Positions 18,702 through 30,099 of a stretch of 64,000 nucleotides of DNA are shown piece after piece. Origin of the DNA: an uncultured Candidatus Saccharibacteria bacterium (GTDB lineage: Bacteria; Patescibacteriota; Andersenbacteria; UBA10190); the NCBI GenBank assembly GCA_964359735.1, contig CAYHTZ010000004.1:409-64408 (forward strand), read 5' to 3'. The position numbers and the translations under genes were made by a program. Below the pieces are notes generated by a model. It worked only from the letters and a program-made list of their open reading frames with translations. It searched no databases and was not told the origin of the DNA. Position 1 is the stretch's first letter. Each line of letters opens with the position of its first letter.

Positions 18702-19677
18702 TTCTCTCGAGCAATCGATCTTCAACACGGTGCGGTACTTTGCTTTGTTTGATATGCCCGTTACGGCGGTACAGATTTGGCGGGCTCTGGTGTTAGACAG
18801 GGATCCGCCAGCTGGCGGAGACAGCCGCTTGCGCTGGCAGGGGCAACACTTGCCCAAACTTTCTGAGGTGAGGAGGCTCCTCGGAACTTCTGCCTGGCTG
18901 CAGCAAAGGTTGGGAACTGCGTGGGGGTATTTTTTTCTGCGCGGTAAGGAAGAAAGTGTGCGGCGGAGGTTGAATCGGCATGTCATTGCCCAGCACAAGT
19001 GGAGGCTCACGCGAAAGTTGGCCAAGTACTTAGCTCTGGTTCCCTGTGTGCGCATGATTGCTGGTTCAGGTTCGCTGGCGCTATCGAACACGCGGCCGAG
19101 CAGCGACCTGGACATGTTCGTGATTGTAAGAGGCGGTAGAATTTGGACCACGCGCCTGTTGCTCCTGCTGGTAGCCCAGCTCCTCGGGCGGCGGCGTAAA
19201 TATTGGGACCGGCAAGCGCCAGATAGATTGTGTTTCAACCATTTCATTACGGATACGGAACTGACTATGCCGGCCGCCGTACGCAACCTGTACACAGCCG
19301 TGGCTTACTCCCACCTTGTTCCCCTATTCGGGGTACGAATGTGGAGCCGGTTTGAAGCAGCCAACGGCGCCTGGATACGAAACTTCTTAATGTACCCGGA
19401 TACCCCTCCCCTACTGCCTAAACAAGGAGTGGCTCTCCCCTTTTGGGTGCGCGAGCTAAAGAATTTTTTTGAGGAAATGCTGTTGGAGCCCTTGGGAGAA
19501 TTTTTGGAGCGCTCAGCCGAGAAGCGACAACGACGCGCCATTCGCGAACATACCCAGCCGGGGAGAAGCGGGAGAGTGGCGATCTCTCCGACAGAGCTGG
19601 CATTTCACCCCGACTCCCGCGTGCCGGATATTTTGAGCCAGTTCGCGCAAGACGCTGGACAGAAAACTTTGCTCTAG
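18694..19677 (+). CDS. nucleotidyltransferase-domain protein (Pol beta superfamily)
   Basis: GSGSLAL...SDLDMFVI, DRLCFNHF. Confidence 0.7.
   Translation: MPNSLEQSIFNTVRYFALFDMPVTAVQIWRALVLDRDPPAGGDSRLRWQGQHLPKLSEVRRLLGTSAWLQQRLGTAWGYFFLRGKEESVRRRLNRHVIAQHKWRLTRKLAKYLALVPCVRMIAGSGSLALSNTRPSSDLDMFVIVRGGRIWTTRLLLLLVAQLLGRRRKYWDRQAPDRLCFNHFITDTELTMPAAVRNLYTAVAYSHLVPLFGVRMWSRFEAANGAWIRNFLMYPDTPPLLPKQGVALPFWVRELKNFFEEMLLEPLGEFLERSAEKRQRRAIREHTQPGRSGRVAISPTELAFHPDSRVPDILSQFAQDAGQKTLL
18803..18821. repeat. 19-bp element ATCCGCCAGCTGGCGGAGA (16-bp perfect palindrome), copy 1
   Basis: identical to 58759-58777; encodes PPAGG. Confidence 0.88.
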
Positions 19678-19707
19678 GCTTTCTCTGGAAGCAGTAAAGC
19701 TTGCAAT

Positions 19708-19734
19708 TTAGCAGTCACTGCGGTAGATTGCTAA
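19708..19734 (+). promoter_or_regulatory. CIRCE element (HrcA operator)
   Basis: TTAGCAGTC-N9-GATTGCTAA versus consensus TTAGCACTC-N9-GAGTGCTAA, upstream of groES. Confidence 0.9.
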
Positions 19735-19769
19735 ATCATACTCATTCTTAACTCTGTATAGAGCATTTT

Positions 19770-21735
<1,966 letters not shown>

Positions 21736-21784
21736 CCCTGGGCGCGGGGTTTGTGTTTTGCGGGAGAGACGGTATCCTCGAAGT

Positions 21785-22153
21785 ATGGTAGATGATGCTA
21801 AGCCTTCTCCAGAAGCGAAACCAGCGCGAGCACCAGTGCTCGCGGGGGAGCCGGTTGTAGATGTGAGCGATGAGAATCTGGCAGCCGCCTTTTCCTATAT
21901 CGGTTTTTTGGTCTTGATACCCTTGTTTACCCGCAAGCATGACCCGTATGTCCACTTTCACGCCAAGCAGGGACTGGTGATTTTCATTGGGGAAGTGGTG
22001 GCGGTGATTGCAGCGCAGTGGGTGGGGGTAGTCGGCGGGCTGCTCTTTGTATTGCTTCTGATTGCCAGTGTGATCGGCCTCATACAATCTCTTCAAGGCA
22101 AACGGTTTCGAATACCCGGCATAGCTGAGCTCACAGACAAGTTCAACATCTAG
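21785..22153 (+). CDS. DUF4870-like membrane protein
   Basis: AAFSYIGFL-IPL, VHFHAKQGL; paralog at 53940. Confidence 0.75.
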   Translation: MVDDAKPSPEAKPARAPVLAGEPVVDVSDENLAAAFSYIGFLVLIPLFTRKHDPYVHFHAKQGLVIFIGEVVAVIAAQWVGVVGGLLFVLLLIASVIGLIQSLQGKRFRIPGIAELTDKFNI

Positions 22154-22176
22154 GTTGCCGTGCTACAATTCTCGGT

Positions 22177-23613
22177 ATGACGGAGAAGGTCGTAAACCGT
22201 ACCAAAATTGTTTGCACCATTGGTCCGGCTTCGAGTGCAAAAAGCACGCTCAAGCAAATGATTGACGCGGGGATGGATGTGGCGCGGATTAATTTTTCCC
22301 ACGCTGACCAGGATAAGAATCTGGAGCTCATGGAGACGGTGAGAGCAGCGGCGAAGGAGTCCGGGAAAGAGGTGGCCATCCTTCAGGATTTGCAGGGGCC
22401 GAAGATCCGGGTGGGGGCGCTGCCTGGGGAAGGATTAGATTTAGTGGAGGGCAGCTTCGTGAAGATACGCGCGGGGGCTGTTCAAGCCGAGCATGGGGTC
22501 ATTCCTACTCCCTATGAACGTCTCGCTCAGGACGTCAGGCGCGGGGATAGGATTCTCATTGCTGATGGCACGCGTGAGCTTGAGGTGGTCGCGCGGTCTG
22601 GGCAGGTGATAACGGCCAAAGTGCTTTTAGGGGGAAGAGTTATTTCGCATAAAGGTATTAATGTACCCACGCGTACGCTCTCGGCGGAGGCGCTGACGGA
22701 TAAAGATGAAGAGGATTTGGCCTTTGGTCTTAAACACAATATTGATTTTGTGGCGATGTCCTTTGTCCGGACCGCTCAGGATGTGCAGTTACTTAAGAAG
22801 AAAATAAAAAAATACTTGCCCGAAGATGCCGAGCCGCCCCAGATAATCGTGAAGATCGAAAAACATGAGGCGTTGGAACATTTCGATGAGATTTTAGACG
22901 AGACGGACGCAGTGATGATTGCGCGGGGAGATTTAGGGCTCGAGACCCAAGCAACACTGGTGCCGATCCGACAAAAAGAGCTGATCGCGAAGTGCGTTGT
23001 GGCCGGGAAGCCAGTGATTACGGCGACGGAGATGTTGGGTTCGATGGAGAATAACCCCCGCCCGACCCGCGCGGAGGTGAGCGATGTAGCCAATGCGGTC
23101 ATCGACCACTCGGACGCGGTGATGCTCTCGGGCGAGACAGCGAACGGCCGGTACCCCTTGCGAGCAGTGGCCACTATGGCAGAGATTATTGAAAACACGG
23201 AGGTATCACCGCTGGATGATTTGCATCCTCACAAAGATGCCACCGGAGAGTCGGTTCCCTTTGCGGTCGCGGCGGGGGCAGTGGAACTGGCCCGGCACGT
23301 GGATGCCGCGGCGATACTGGTGACTACCCACTCAGGATATTCGGCGCGGGGGGTGGCGCGCTTTCGGGCAGAGCGGCCAGTGTTTGCGGCTACGGATAGC
23401 CCGCGCGTCTCGCACCAACTCTTGCTCTCATGGGGAGTAGTGCCGATTCTGATACAAGGGTACGGCCAGCCGGAGCAGATGACGCACTCGGCTCTTGACC
23501 ATCTGCATAAGCAAAAAAGAATCAAGAAAGGCGACCGAGTAGTGGGGGTCTCAGGCCTCGCTCGCTCTGAAGGCGGTTTTGACTCAGGCGTCCGCGTCGT
23601 GGAGGTTGCCTGA
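22177..23613 (+). CDS. pyk: pyruvate kinase
   Basis: RTKIVCTIGPAS, DLQGPKIR, MIARGDLG, PTRAEVSD, MLSGETA. Confidence 0.98.
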   Translation: MTEKVVNRTKIVCTIGPASSAKSTLKQMIDAGMDVARINFSHADQDKNLELMETVRAAAKESGKEVAILQDLQGPKIRVGALPGEGLDLVEGSFVKIRAGAVQAEHGVIPTPYERLAQDVRRGDRILIADGTRELEVVARSGQVITAKVLLGGRVISHKGINVPTRTLSAEALTDKDEEDLAFGLKHNIDFVAMSFVRTAQDVQLLKKKIKKYLPEDAEPPQIIVKIEKHEALEHFDEILDETDAVMIARGDLGLETQATLVPIRQKELIAKCVVAGKPVITATEMLGSMENNPRPTRAEVSDVANAVIDHSDAVMLSGETANGRYPLRAVATMAEIIENTEVSPLDDLHPHKDATGESVPFAVAAGAVELARHVDAAAILVTTHSGYSARGVARFRAERPVFAATDSPRVSHQLLLSWGVVPILIQGYGQPEQMTHSALDHLHKQKRIKKGDRVVGVSGLARSEGGFDSGVRVVEVA

Positions 23614-23643
23614 GTCCAGGATTTTCTGCATAGTGAGCGCTGA

Positions 23644-23730
23644 GGTGGGGTGCGAGAGTGGTTTAATCGGGCAGTCTTGAAAACTGCTGTGGGTTAACGC
23701 CCACCGTGAGTTCGAATCTCACCCCCACCG
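23644..23730 (+). tRNA. tRNA-Ser(TGA)
   Basis: GGTGGGG/CCCCACC acceptor, GCAGT-CTTGAAA-ACTGC, long variable arm, TTCGAAT; CCA not encoded. Confidence 0.95.
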
Positions 23731-23741
23731 CCGAAGGTCCT

Positions 23742-25190
23742 ATGACTAAAAACAATTGGGATATATACGAGAGGATTTATAGCAGTCACTGGTTTTTGAC
23801 AAGTTATAACGCCCAAGGTTTTGTCTTTGACTTCCCTGCCATGGGCGGCGGCAGCTTCATGACCCAAGCCGTGTACGTTATGGAGAAGGGCATGTGTCGC
23901 TATATATTCGACAGCGACGAATTCGAGCGGGCTGCGCAGTATACATCAGATCGTCTAATCAATGATGATAAATGGCGGGAGAATGTTTACCAGAACATTA
24001 ATTTGTACACGAGGCGGTATTTTGCGGCAGGTGAGAGATTACGAAAAACCCCTCTGGATACTCTTTCCCATGGAGAACTTGTGAAGATCGTTAGAGAGAT
24101 TATCCCTTTGCAACACTATCACCAAGTGTATAGTGTGCTGGCTAACGGCGTGGTGCTTGATGGGAGGAATCACTTGTCAGATAGGATTCGAGAGGAGTTA
24201 CGCTCTCTCATGGGAAGTCCAGATGACTTTGACGAGCAATGGTCTCTTCTTTCCCAGTCCGCCAAGATGAGTTTGAGGCAGCGCAAGGAACATGCTATCG
24301 CTCAGCTTGCCAGTGAGAGCAAAGTAACTTCCCGGGTAGTAGAGAGGAAGCTTCGCAACTTACATCAGAAGTACTGTTGGCTGGATTACAATAATATGGG
24401 CCCGGCGGCCTCATTTGAGAAGTTTGAGCAGGAGCTGGCGGAAGCTCGCAGCCAGAATAAGAACATTACTCTCAAAGAGGAACTCAAGGCTCTCAGAAAA
24501 AAACAGATCGATCTGATGCGCCGATTGAGAATCAGCCAGCGTGGGAAATTTCTCATTCGATTAGCGCAAGGAGTAATTTGGCAAAAAGGGTATCGCAAAG
24601 ATATGCAATATCACGGGTTTTATTGTTACGAAAATCTTTTTAGGGAATTGGCGCGCAGGCAAAACACCCCAGACTGGCAATCATTCTCGTATCTTTTTCC
24701 TTGGGAAGTGGTGCGTCACGTTCTTACCGGAAGTCATTCAGTGAAAGAACTCAATGAACGGCGAGAGTACTCTTGCTTGGTTGTGCGGAAAACAGGTCTG
24801 GAGGTTAAGGTGGGAAAGGCAGCGCAAGCGTTTGTAAAGGGCTTAGGGCTGCGGGAGGATTTCTCCACCATGACAGAAGCTAAAGGACAGTGTGCATATG
24901 CGGGCAAGGTCCGAGGAACAGTGAAAATTATTCAAACTCCGGCGGATATGGAGAAGATGAACGCTGGAGACGTTTTGGTTTCCCAGGCTACCAGCCCTGA
25001 CTTACTCTCGGCAATGAAGCGAGCGGGAGCGATTGTTACCAATACCGGCGGACTCATTTGCCATGCGGCGATTACTTCTCGTGAACTCAAAATACCGTGT
25101 ATTGTGGGGACCGCTAAAGCCACCTTGATCTTTAAGGATGGGGATCAGGTCGAAGTTGATGCCACCCACGGGCGTATAAGAAAGTTATGA
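23742..25190 (+). CDS. protein with C-terminal PEP-utilising enzyme mobile (phospho-His swivel) domain
   Basis: AIVTNTGGLICHAAITSRELKIPCIVGT...VEVDATHG; same architecture as 5636-7129. Confidence 0.85.
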   Translation: MTKNNWDIYERIYSSHWFLTSYNAQGFVFDFPAMGGGSFMTQAVYVMEKGMCRYIFDSDEFERAAQYTSDRLINDDKWRENVYQNINLYTRRYFAAGERLRKTPLDTLSHGELVKIVREIIPLQHYHQVYSVLANGVVLDGRNHLSDRIREELRSLMGSPDDFDEQWSLLSQSAKMSLRQRKEHAIAQLASESKVTSRVVERKLRNLHQKYCWLDYNNMGPAASFEKFEQELAEARSQNKNITLKEELKALRKKQIDLMRRLRISQRGKFLIRLAQGVIWQKGYRKDMQYHGFYCYENLFRELARRQNTPDWQSFSYLFPWEVVRHVLTGSHSVKELNERREYSCLVVRKTGLEVKVGKAAQAFVKGLGLREDFSTMTEAKGQCAYAGKVRGTVKIIQTPADMEKMNAGDVLVSQATSPDLLSAMKRAGAIVTNTGGLICHAAITSRELKIPCIVGTAKATLIFKDGDQVEVDATHGRIRKL

Positions 25191-25849
25191 GCAAGATCAA
25201 GGCAGTTATTTACGATGTGGACGACCTGATGGTTGATTCATACGCGTTGCATGTGGAGGCGTCGGAGAAAGCACTCGAACGGTACGGTCACAGATTCGAT
25301 GAGCTGCCCGAGGAGCTGCGGTCACACTTTGTGGGGAGACGGGTGATCGATAATTTGAAGGACACGGTGGCGTACCTCAAGCTCGATGTTGACCCTGAAG
25401 TCATGTATCAAGAACGATTGGCGCTTTTTCATAGACTCGTCCGCGAGAAACTTGAAGCCAGGCCGGGGCTGCAAGAATCCATGACGCTTTTCCGCAGGCA
25501 CAACTTGCGTCTCGCAATTGCTTCATCGGGGGCGGGGGAGTACCTCGATGCAGTGCTGGAAAAGTTTAACCTCGCCGGGTACTTCGAAGTGATTATCTCC
25601 GGCGGGGATGTGCAAAAGGGGAAGCCTGACCCCGAAACTTATTTGGTGGCTGTGCAGAAGCTGGGGCTTACCCCAGCTGAATGCCTGGTCCTGGAAGATG
25701 CCAAGAACGGTGTAGAGTCGGCAAAAGCGGCGGGTTGTAAATGTATCGCCATACGCAACCCAAACACTCCAGTTCAAGACCACTCGGGGGCGGACAAAGT
25801 TCTTAATTCTCTCAGCGACGTTACCATTGAGATGGTGGAGTCGTTGTAA
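25187..25849 (+). CDS. HAD family phosphatase (beta-PGM-like)
   Basis: YDVDDLMVDS, ASSG, KPDPE, LEDAKNG; ATGA overlap with upstream gene. Confidence 0.92.
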   Translation: MSKIKAVIYDVDDLMVDSYALHVEASEKALERYGHRFDELPEELRSHFVGRRVIDNLKDTVAYLKLDVDPEVMYQERLALFHRLVREKLEARPGLQESMTLFRRHNLRLAIASSGAGEYLDAVLEKFNLAGYFEVIISGGDVQKGKPDPETYLVAVQKLGLTPAECLVLEDAKNGVESAKAAGCKCIAIRNPNTPVQDHSGADKVLNSLSDVTIEMVESL

Positions 25850-25853
25850 AAAT

Positions 25854-26174
25854 TTACTCTGGCCAGAAGATGAGAGCGAGTGCAACCACTCCCAAACCGA
25901 TGCCGACCATTTGCACGCGGGTCAAGACTTCCTTGTAGAAGATGACGCCAATCACAAATGAGAGAACTGCCGAAGTAACGTAGAAGACCATAGCGCCTTT
26001 CGTCAAGCCCGAGCCGGCGCGGATGGCGCCCAGCCAAAAAGCGTTGGCAATGATGTAACAAGAAATGCCGGCTACCCAGTATGGCCAAGTGCCGCGGATT
26101 GAGTATTCTTTGGAGAATATGTCAGCCACTGCCTCAAAACCGATAAGGAGAGCCAACAAGGGTATCCAGCTCAT
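25854..26174 (-). CDS. SMR/DMT-type small membrane transporter
   Basis: 106 aa, four hydrophobic helices, Glu in TM1 (FEAVAD). Confidence 0.7.
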   Translation of the reverse strand: MSWIPLLALLIGFEAVADIFSKEYSIRGTWPYWVAGISCYIIANAFWLGAIRAGSGLTKGAMVFYVTSAVLSFVIGVIFYKEVLTRVQMVGIGLGVVALALIFWPE

Positions 26175-26220
26175 GGGGTTATATTATCCTGAAATTGTAC
26201 TTTGAATAATTTTGTCTGAA

Positions 26221-26245
26221 AAAACCGGCGCTAGGCGCCGGTTTT
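26221..26245 (-). terminator. intrinsic terminator (possibly bidirectional)
   Basis: AAAACCGGCGC-tag-GCGCCGGTTTT. Confidence 0.8.
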
Positions 26246-26265
26246 AAAGAGAGTTAGTGTTCGAT

Positions 26266-26460
26266 CTACATGCCGAGTGCTTTCTCCACCTCTTCCGCGG
26301 AGTTATAGGTGCCCTCAGGAAGATTATCCATAAACCATTTCTTGTCTTCGGCGGTGAAATCTGACATGCCGTTACAGGCGGCAACGAGATCTGCCTTTGT
26401 AGCAGGGTAACCCACATGTTCTTTCAAGTGCTGCTTCGCTCCAGCCATATTTTTCATCAT
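26266..26460 (-). CDS. small DUF2795/MTH865-like protein
   Basis: HL..VGYPATKADLV..LPEGTYNSAEEV; strong SD AAGGAGGTGA upstream. Confidence 0.75.
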   Translation of the reverse strand: MMKNMAGAKQHLKEHVGYPATKADLVAACNGMSDFTAEDKKWFMDNLPEGTYNSAEEVEKALGM

Positions 26461-26579
26461 ACGGATCACCTCCTTGCAGTTAGTCTTTCTTGACTGTACC
26501 AATGTTGGAGTGCCTAGCGCAAGGATGTGGCAAGTTCCTTCTTGAATCCGATGACCAGTTTGAGTATGCTCAGATACTT

Positions 26580-27455
26580 ATGCCAGAACTTCCTGAAGTG
26601 GAAACTATTCGTCGAGGGCTGGTGCAGCGTGTCCTGAAAAAGAAAATCCGGGGGGTAGAAATCCGCGCGGAGAAGGTGGTGAAGAATGACCCGAAAGAAT
26701 TTATTCGCACGCTTACGGGGAACACATTCACCAAGATCGATCGACGAGGAAAGCTCCTTATTTTACACCTCCGGGGTGTAAAGCGGGCGGAAAAGCCGCG
26801 ATTTCTATTAATCCATATGAAACTCACTGGCCAGCTCATTTACCAGCAAGGGGAAACGTTGGTAGCGGGTGGGCACTATGCTCCTTCCTTGGCACACCCA
26901 CTGCCGCACCGGCATACGCGCGTTATCTTTGAATTTGCCGATGGTTCGCGCCTGTTTTTCAATGATTTACGTAAATTTGGTGTCCTCAAGATTGTTGATA
27001 GAGCAGCGCGAGATTTGGTGTTGGCGGCGTACGGCGTCGAGCCCTTATCACGCGAGTTTACGTGGGAGCGGTTTCAGAAGGCGTTAGGGAGGCGGCAAGC
27101 ACCGCTGAAAGCGGTGCTCCTGAATCAAGCGCTGATTGCGGGGTTGGGGAATATTTACGTGGATGAGGTGGCCTGGCACGCGCGCGTGAGCCCCAGCCGC
27201 CGCGTAGCGCGTCTGACCGAGACGGAGCGCAAAAATCTTTTCCGGGCGATACCCAAAGTTCTGATCGAGGCTATTGCCTGGGGCGGCACAACATTCCGGC
27301 ATTTTCGTAATTCTCAGGGCAAGGAGGGCAATTACAGCGACCGCCTGCGTGCGTATGGAAGAAGTAGGAAGGCCTGCCGGCGATGCGGGGGAGTTATGGT
27401 ACGCACAACGGTGGCGCAACGCGGCACCACATATTGTCCCAGGTGTCAGAAGTGA
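26580..27455 (+). CDS. mutM: formamidopyrimidine-DNA glycosylase
   Basis: MPELPEVE, RRGK, GLGNIYVDE, C-terminal CxxC...CxxCQ finger. Confidence 0.97.
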   Translation: MPELPEVETIRRGLVQRVLKKKIRGVEIRAEKVVKNDPKEFIRTLTGNTFTKIDRRGKLLILHLRGVKRAEKPRFLLIHMKLTGQLIYQQGETLVAGGHYAPSLAHPLPHRHTRVIFEFADGSRLFFNDLRKFGVLKIVDRAARDLVLAAYGVEPLSREFTWERFQKALGRRQAPLKAVLLNQALIAGLGNIYVDEVAWHARVSPSRRVARLTETERKNLFRAIPKVLIEAIAWGGTTFRHFRNSQGKEGNYSDRLRAYGRSRKACRRCGGVMVRTTVAQRGTTYCPRCQK

Positions 27456-27468
27456 TAGGCTAGAAATA

Positions 27469-27999
27469 ATGGTGATGTTCGTTCGCAAGAAAGCGGCAAG
27501 ATTTTGGGCATGGTATGAGCGCTATTATGTTCTCAATGTCGGTATAGCCGTGGTCCTATTTCTGTGGCAGCTAGTGCATTTGTACTGGCTGGGAGCCGAT
27601 GTGATTGCGCAGCGGCTTACAGAAACAAGTTTTTTCCCGTTGAACGCGTTTTGGCGCACGTTGATTGTCTTGGTGGATTATTCAGAAATTCCGGCAATTA
27701 TTACGACGTCTCTGGTGTACATTAATGAACTGCGTAAACAGTTTCGATGGAACCCGCTGATCTTGCTTCTCATGCTCAATTCCCAGTGGCTGCATTTGTT
27801 CTGGATTACGGATGAGTTTGTGATCCATACATTTTTGGGTGAGCCACATGGCGGCACAGTGCTTCCGGTGTGGCTGGCGTGGGTTGCGATTCTGATTGAT
27901 TATTTAGAATTACCCGTTATCTTTGACATTGTGCGCCGCCTACTCCGGGCGCTGCGCCAAGGGTCAGGGTTAGAATTTATTCGTAAGGAAATGAGATGA
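27469..27999 (+). CDS. hypothetical membrane protein
   Basis: four TMs with an internal duplication (VHLYWLGAD/LHLFWITD; VDYSEIP/IDYLELP). Confidence 0.7.
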   Translation: MVMFVRKKAARFWAWYERYYVLNVGIAVVLFLWQLVHLYWLGADVIAQRLTETSFFPLNAFWRTLIVLVDYSEIPAIITTSLVYINELRKQFRWNPLILLLMLNSQWLHLFWITDEFVIHTFLGEPHGGTVLPVWLAWVAILIDYLELPVIFDIVRRLLRALRQGSGLEFIRKEMR

Positions 28000-28262
28000 A
28001 ACATGTAAGCATGATAGTCAAGGGAGACGTGCAGGGAGTTAATTTTCGCGCTCGGGTGAGGGAGAAGGCTAGGCAATTGGGCCTGACTGGTTTTGTGAAA
28101 AACATGAGCGACGGCACGGTATATATAGAAGCGGAAGGCGACGAATCTGCTATCGAGCGGTTCGTTGACTGGTGTCGGCAAGACCCCGGTTCCTCCCGGG
28201 TGGATGACGTGCGTGTGCACGAAGGAGTGCCTAAAGGATACACAGACTTTACGATTCGCTGA
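27996..28262 (+). CDS. acyP: acylphosphatase
   Basis: GDVQGVNFR, GFVKNMSDGTV. Confidence 0.93.
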   Translation: MKHVSMIVKGDVQGVNFRARVREKARQLGLTGFVKNMSDGTVYIEAEGDESAIERFVDWCRQDPGSSRVDDVRVHEGVPKGYTDFTIR

Positions 28263-28274
28263 CGCCCTGGCGAC

Positions 28275-28709
28275 ATGAAACTCACGAGCCCGGCTTTTGA
28301 AAACGGAGAGGAAATTCCGGCGAAATATACTTGTAATGGTGAAGATGTTAGCCCGCCGCTGACGTTTTCGGATATATCTGCTGAAGCTAAGAGTTTAGTC
28401 CTCATACTGGACGACCCAGATGCGCCGGCGGGGGTGTGGGACCATTGGATTATATATGATATGCCACCGGATACGCGGGAAGTGCCTGAGGCCGCTGAAC
28501 CATGTGGGGTTCAGGGCAGAGGCACGAGCGGCAGTCTTGGGTACCAAGGTCCGTGCCCGCCGGATGGTGAACATCGCTATTTCTTCAAGCTTTATGCACT
28601 CGGTACCGTGTTGCGGCTGCCGGCCGGGGCGACCAAGGCCGACGTTGAAAGGGCAATGGAGGGCCATATTCTAGAGCAGGCGGAGCTCATGGGACGCTAC
28701 GCCCAGTGA
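28275..28709 (+). CDS. YbhB/YbcL family (PEBP/Raf kinase inhibitor-like) protein
   Basis: LTSPAF, YTCNG..SPPL, DDPDAP, HW, GPCPP, HRYFF. Confidence 0.93.
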   Translation: MKLTSPAFENGEEIPAKYTCNGEDVSPPLTFSDISAEAKSLVLILDDPDAPAGVWDHWIIYDMPPDTREVPEAAEPCGVQGRGTSGSLGYQGPCPPDGEHRYFFKLYALGTVLRLPAGATKADVERAMEGHILEQAELMGRYAQ

Positions 28710-30040
28710 AAATGTCTCAGGTTCTTCCACGAGCGCTGGATAACGTTTGGTACGAGGAGCTGCGCGGCTGCCGTGTGGCCTTGGCTCACTACCATTTTGC
28801 GAGCGCTATCGCTGAGTTTGCGGAAGAGCGGGGAAAATTCTTGGCTGGGACAGTGCGTAACCCAGCGTTGAAGTTTTACCGGCTGGATCTTGCGCGCTGC
28901 CAGGCTCAGCAGGATAGTTTGCATCGTCTTAAGGAGCGGATGGAGCGGATGGAACACCACCCGATTGTGAAGCGTCTATACCTGGCGAAGCTGGATGAGT
29001 ACTTGGCCCACGTGGGCATGATGATGGCGGCGGCTCAGGTCGATATGGGCCGGTTCGCTCATTTTGCGCGCATTGCGTATGGAACTCCCTCGCCGACTGT
29101 TTTTCAACAGGATTTGTACGAGATTAGAACTAAGGTGGAAGAGGCACTGTACTCCGGTGCACCGAATGCCGTGGCGGCCGCCCAGGCATTGCTGGCAGAT
29201 TTACCCTCGCTCACAACGGCAGAAAGCCCGAAGAGCGGAGTTGAATCGGGCCTCTTAGCAACTGTACGGGCATGGGTTACTCACGAGTATGCAGCACTCT
29301 TACCACCCCCGCGCGAAGGACAGTTAGAGACGGCAGAGCTTTCGGATTTGTTCAGACAGGCGTTGGTAAGCGTTGGGGCGGGTGATTGGCAAATCGTGAT
29401 TGACACGGTGACAAGCCGGCAGTCGATTAGTGTTCAATCTATGCACCAACGGGTTCGTATTCCGATCTCACGTCAAGTTTCAGGGGCTGAGCTCGGGCGT
29501 CTGCTTGTTCACGAGGTAGGAACTCACGTGGTCCGAAGGATCCGCGGCAATCTGGCACCACTGCGCCTGTTGGCGAGGGGCCTGGACCACTACGAGCGAG
29601 GTGAAGAAGGTATTGCTACCGTGTATGAGCAAGGCTTGAGCGGGTCCGTCAGTGACTACGATCGACTGGCTAGCCACCTGGCTGTCTGTCTGGCATTAGG
29701 TTTGGATGGTAAGCCACGTGACTTCCGAGATGTATTCGAAATTTTAGTACGGTACTACTCCTTGGTTGGGCTCTCTAAGGCGGATCTTTCTCAAGTATCA
29801 GAACGGGCGCGGGAGCAGGCTTGGAGACGCTGTGTGCGGGTGTTCCGGGGAACCGATTATAGGAGTCCTGGGATTTGTTTCCCTCGAGATTACTTGTACC
29901 GGGAGGGCAACACCTTGATATGGGAGCTGTTGAAAGACGATTTCCGGTGGCTTGATCGGTTTCCTATTGGCAAGTACGACCCAGCGAATCGAGAACACGT
30001 GGAAGCGTTACGCGGTCTGGGAATTCTGCCGGCTGCTTGA
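28706..30040 (+). CDS. DUF1704 / MATCAP-like metallocarboxypeptidase
   Basis: HEVGTH (HExxxH), EEGIA, RVFRG..RDYLYREG, GKYDP. Confidence 0.8.
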   Translation: MKMSQVLPRALDNVWYEELRGCRVALAHYHFASAIAEFAEERGKFLAGTVRNPALKFYRLDLARCQAQQDSLHRLKERMERMEHHPIVKRLYLAKLDEYLAHVGMMMAAAQVDMGRFAHFARIAYGTPSPTVFQQDLYEIRTKVEEALYSGAPNAVAAAQALLADLPSLTTAESPKSGVESGLLATVRAWVTHEYAALLPPPREGQLETAELSDLFRQALVSVGAGDWQIVIDTVTSRQSISVQSMHQRVRIPISRQVSGAELGRLLVHEVGTHVVRRIRGNLAPLRLLARGLDHYERGEEGIATVYEQGLSGSVSDYDRLASHLAVCLALGLDGKPRDFRDVFEILVRYYSLVGLSKADLSQVSERAREQAWRRCVRVFRGTDYRSPGICFPRDYLYREGNTLIWELLKDDFRWLDRFPIGKYDPANREHVEALRGLGILPAA

Positions 30041-30099
30041 CGTTCTCGGTCCCCACGTGGTGAGATGAGAACGGATTTTTTATTACGACCTGACGTCAT

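Noticed and set aside
30041-30081. CGTTCTC...GAGAACG stem followed by a T-run between the DUF1704 and RimK genes
   Set aside because: Interior pairing is poor; terminator versus decayed palindrome cannot be decided.
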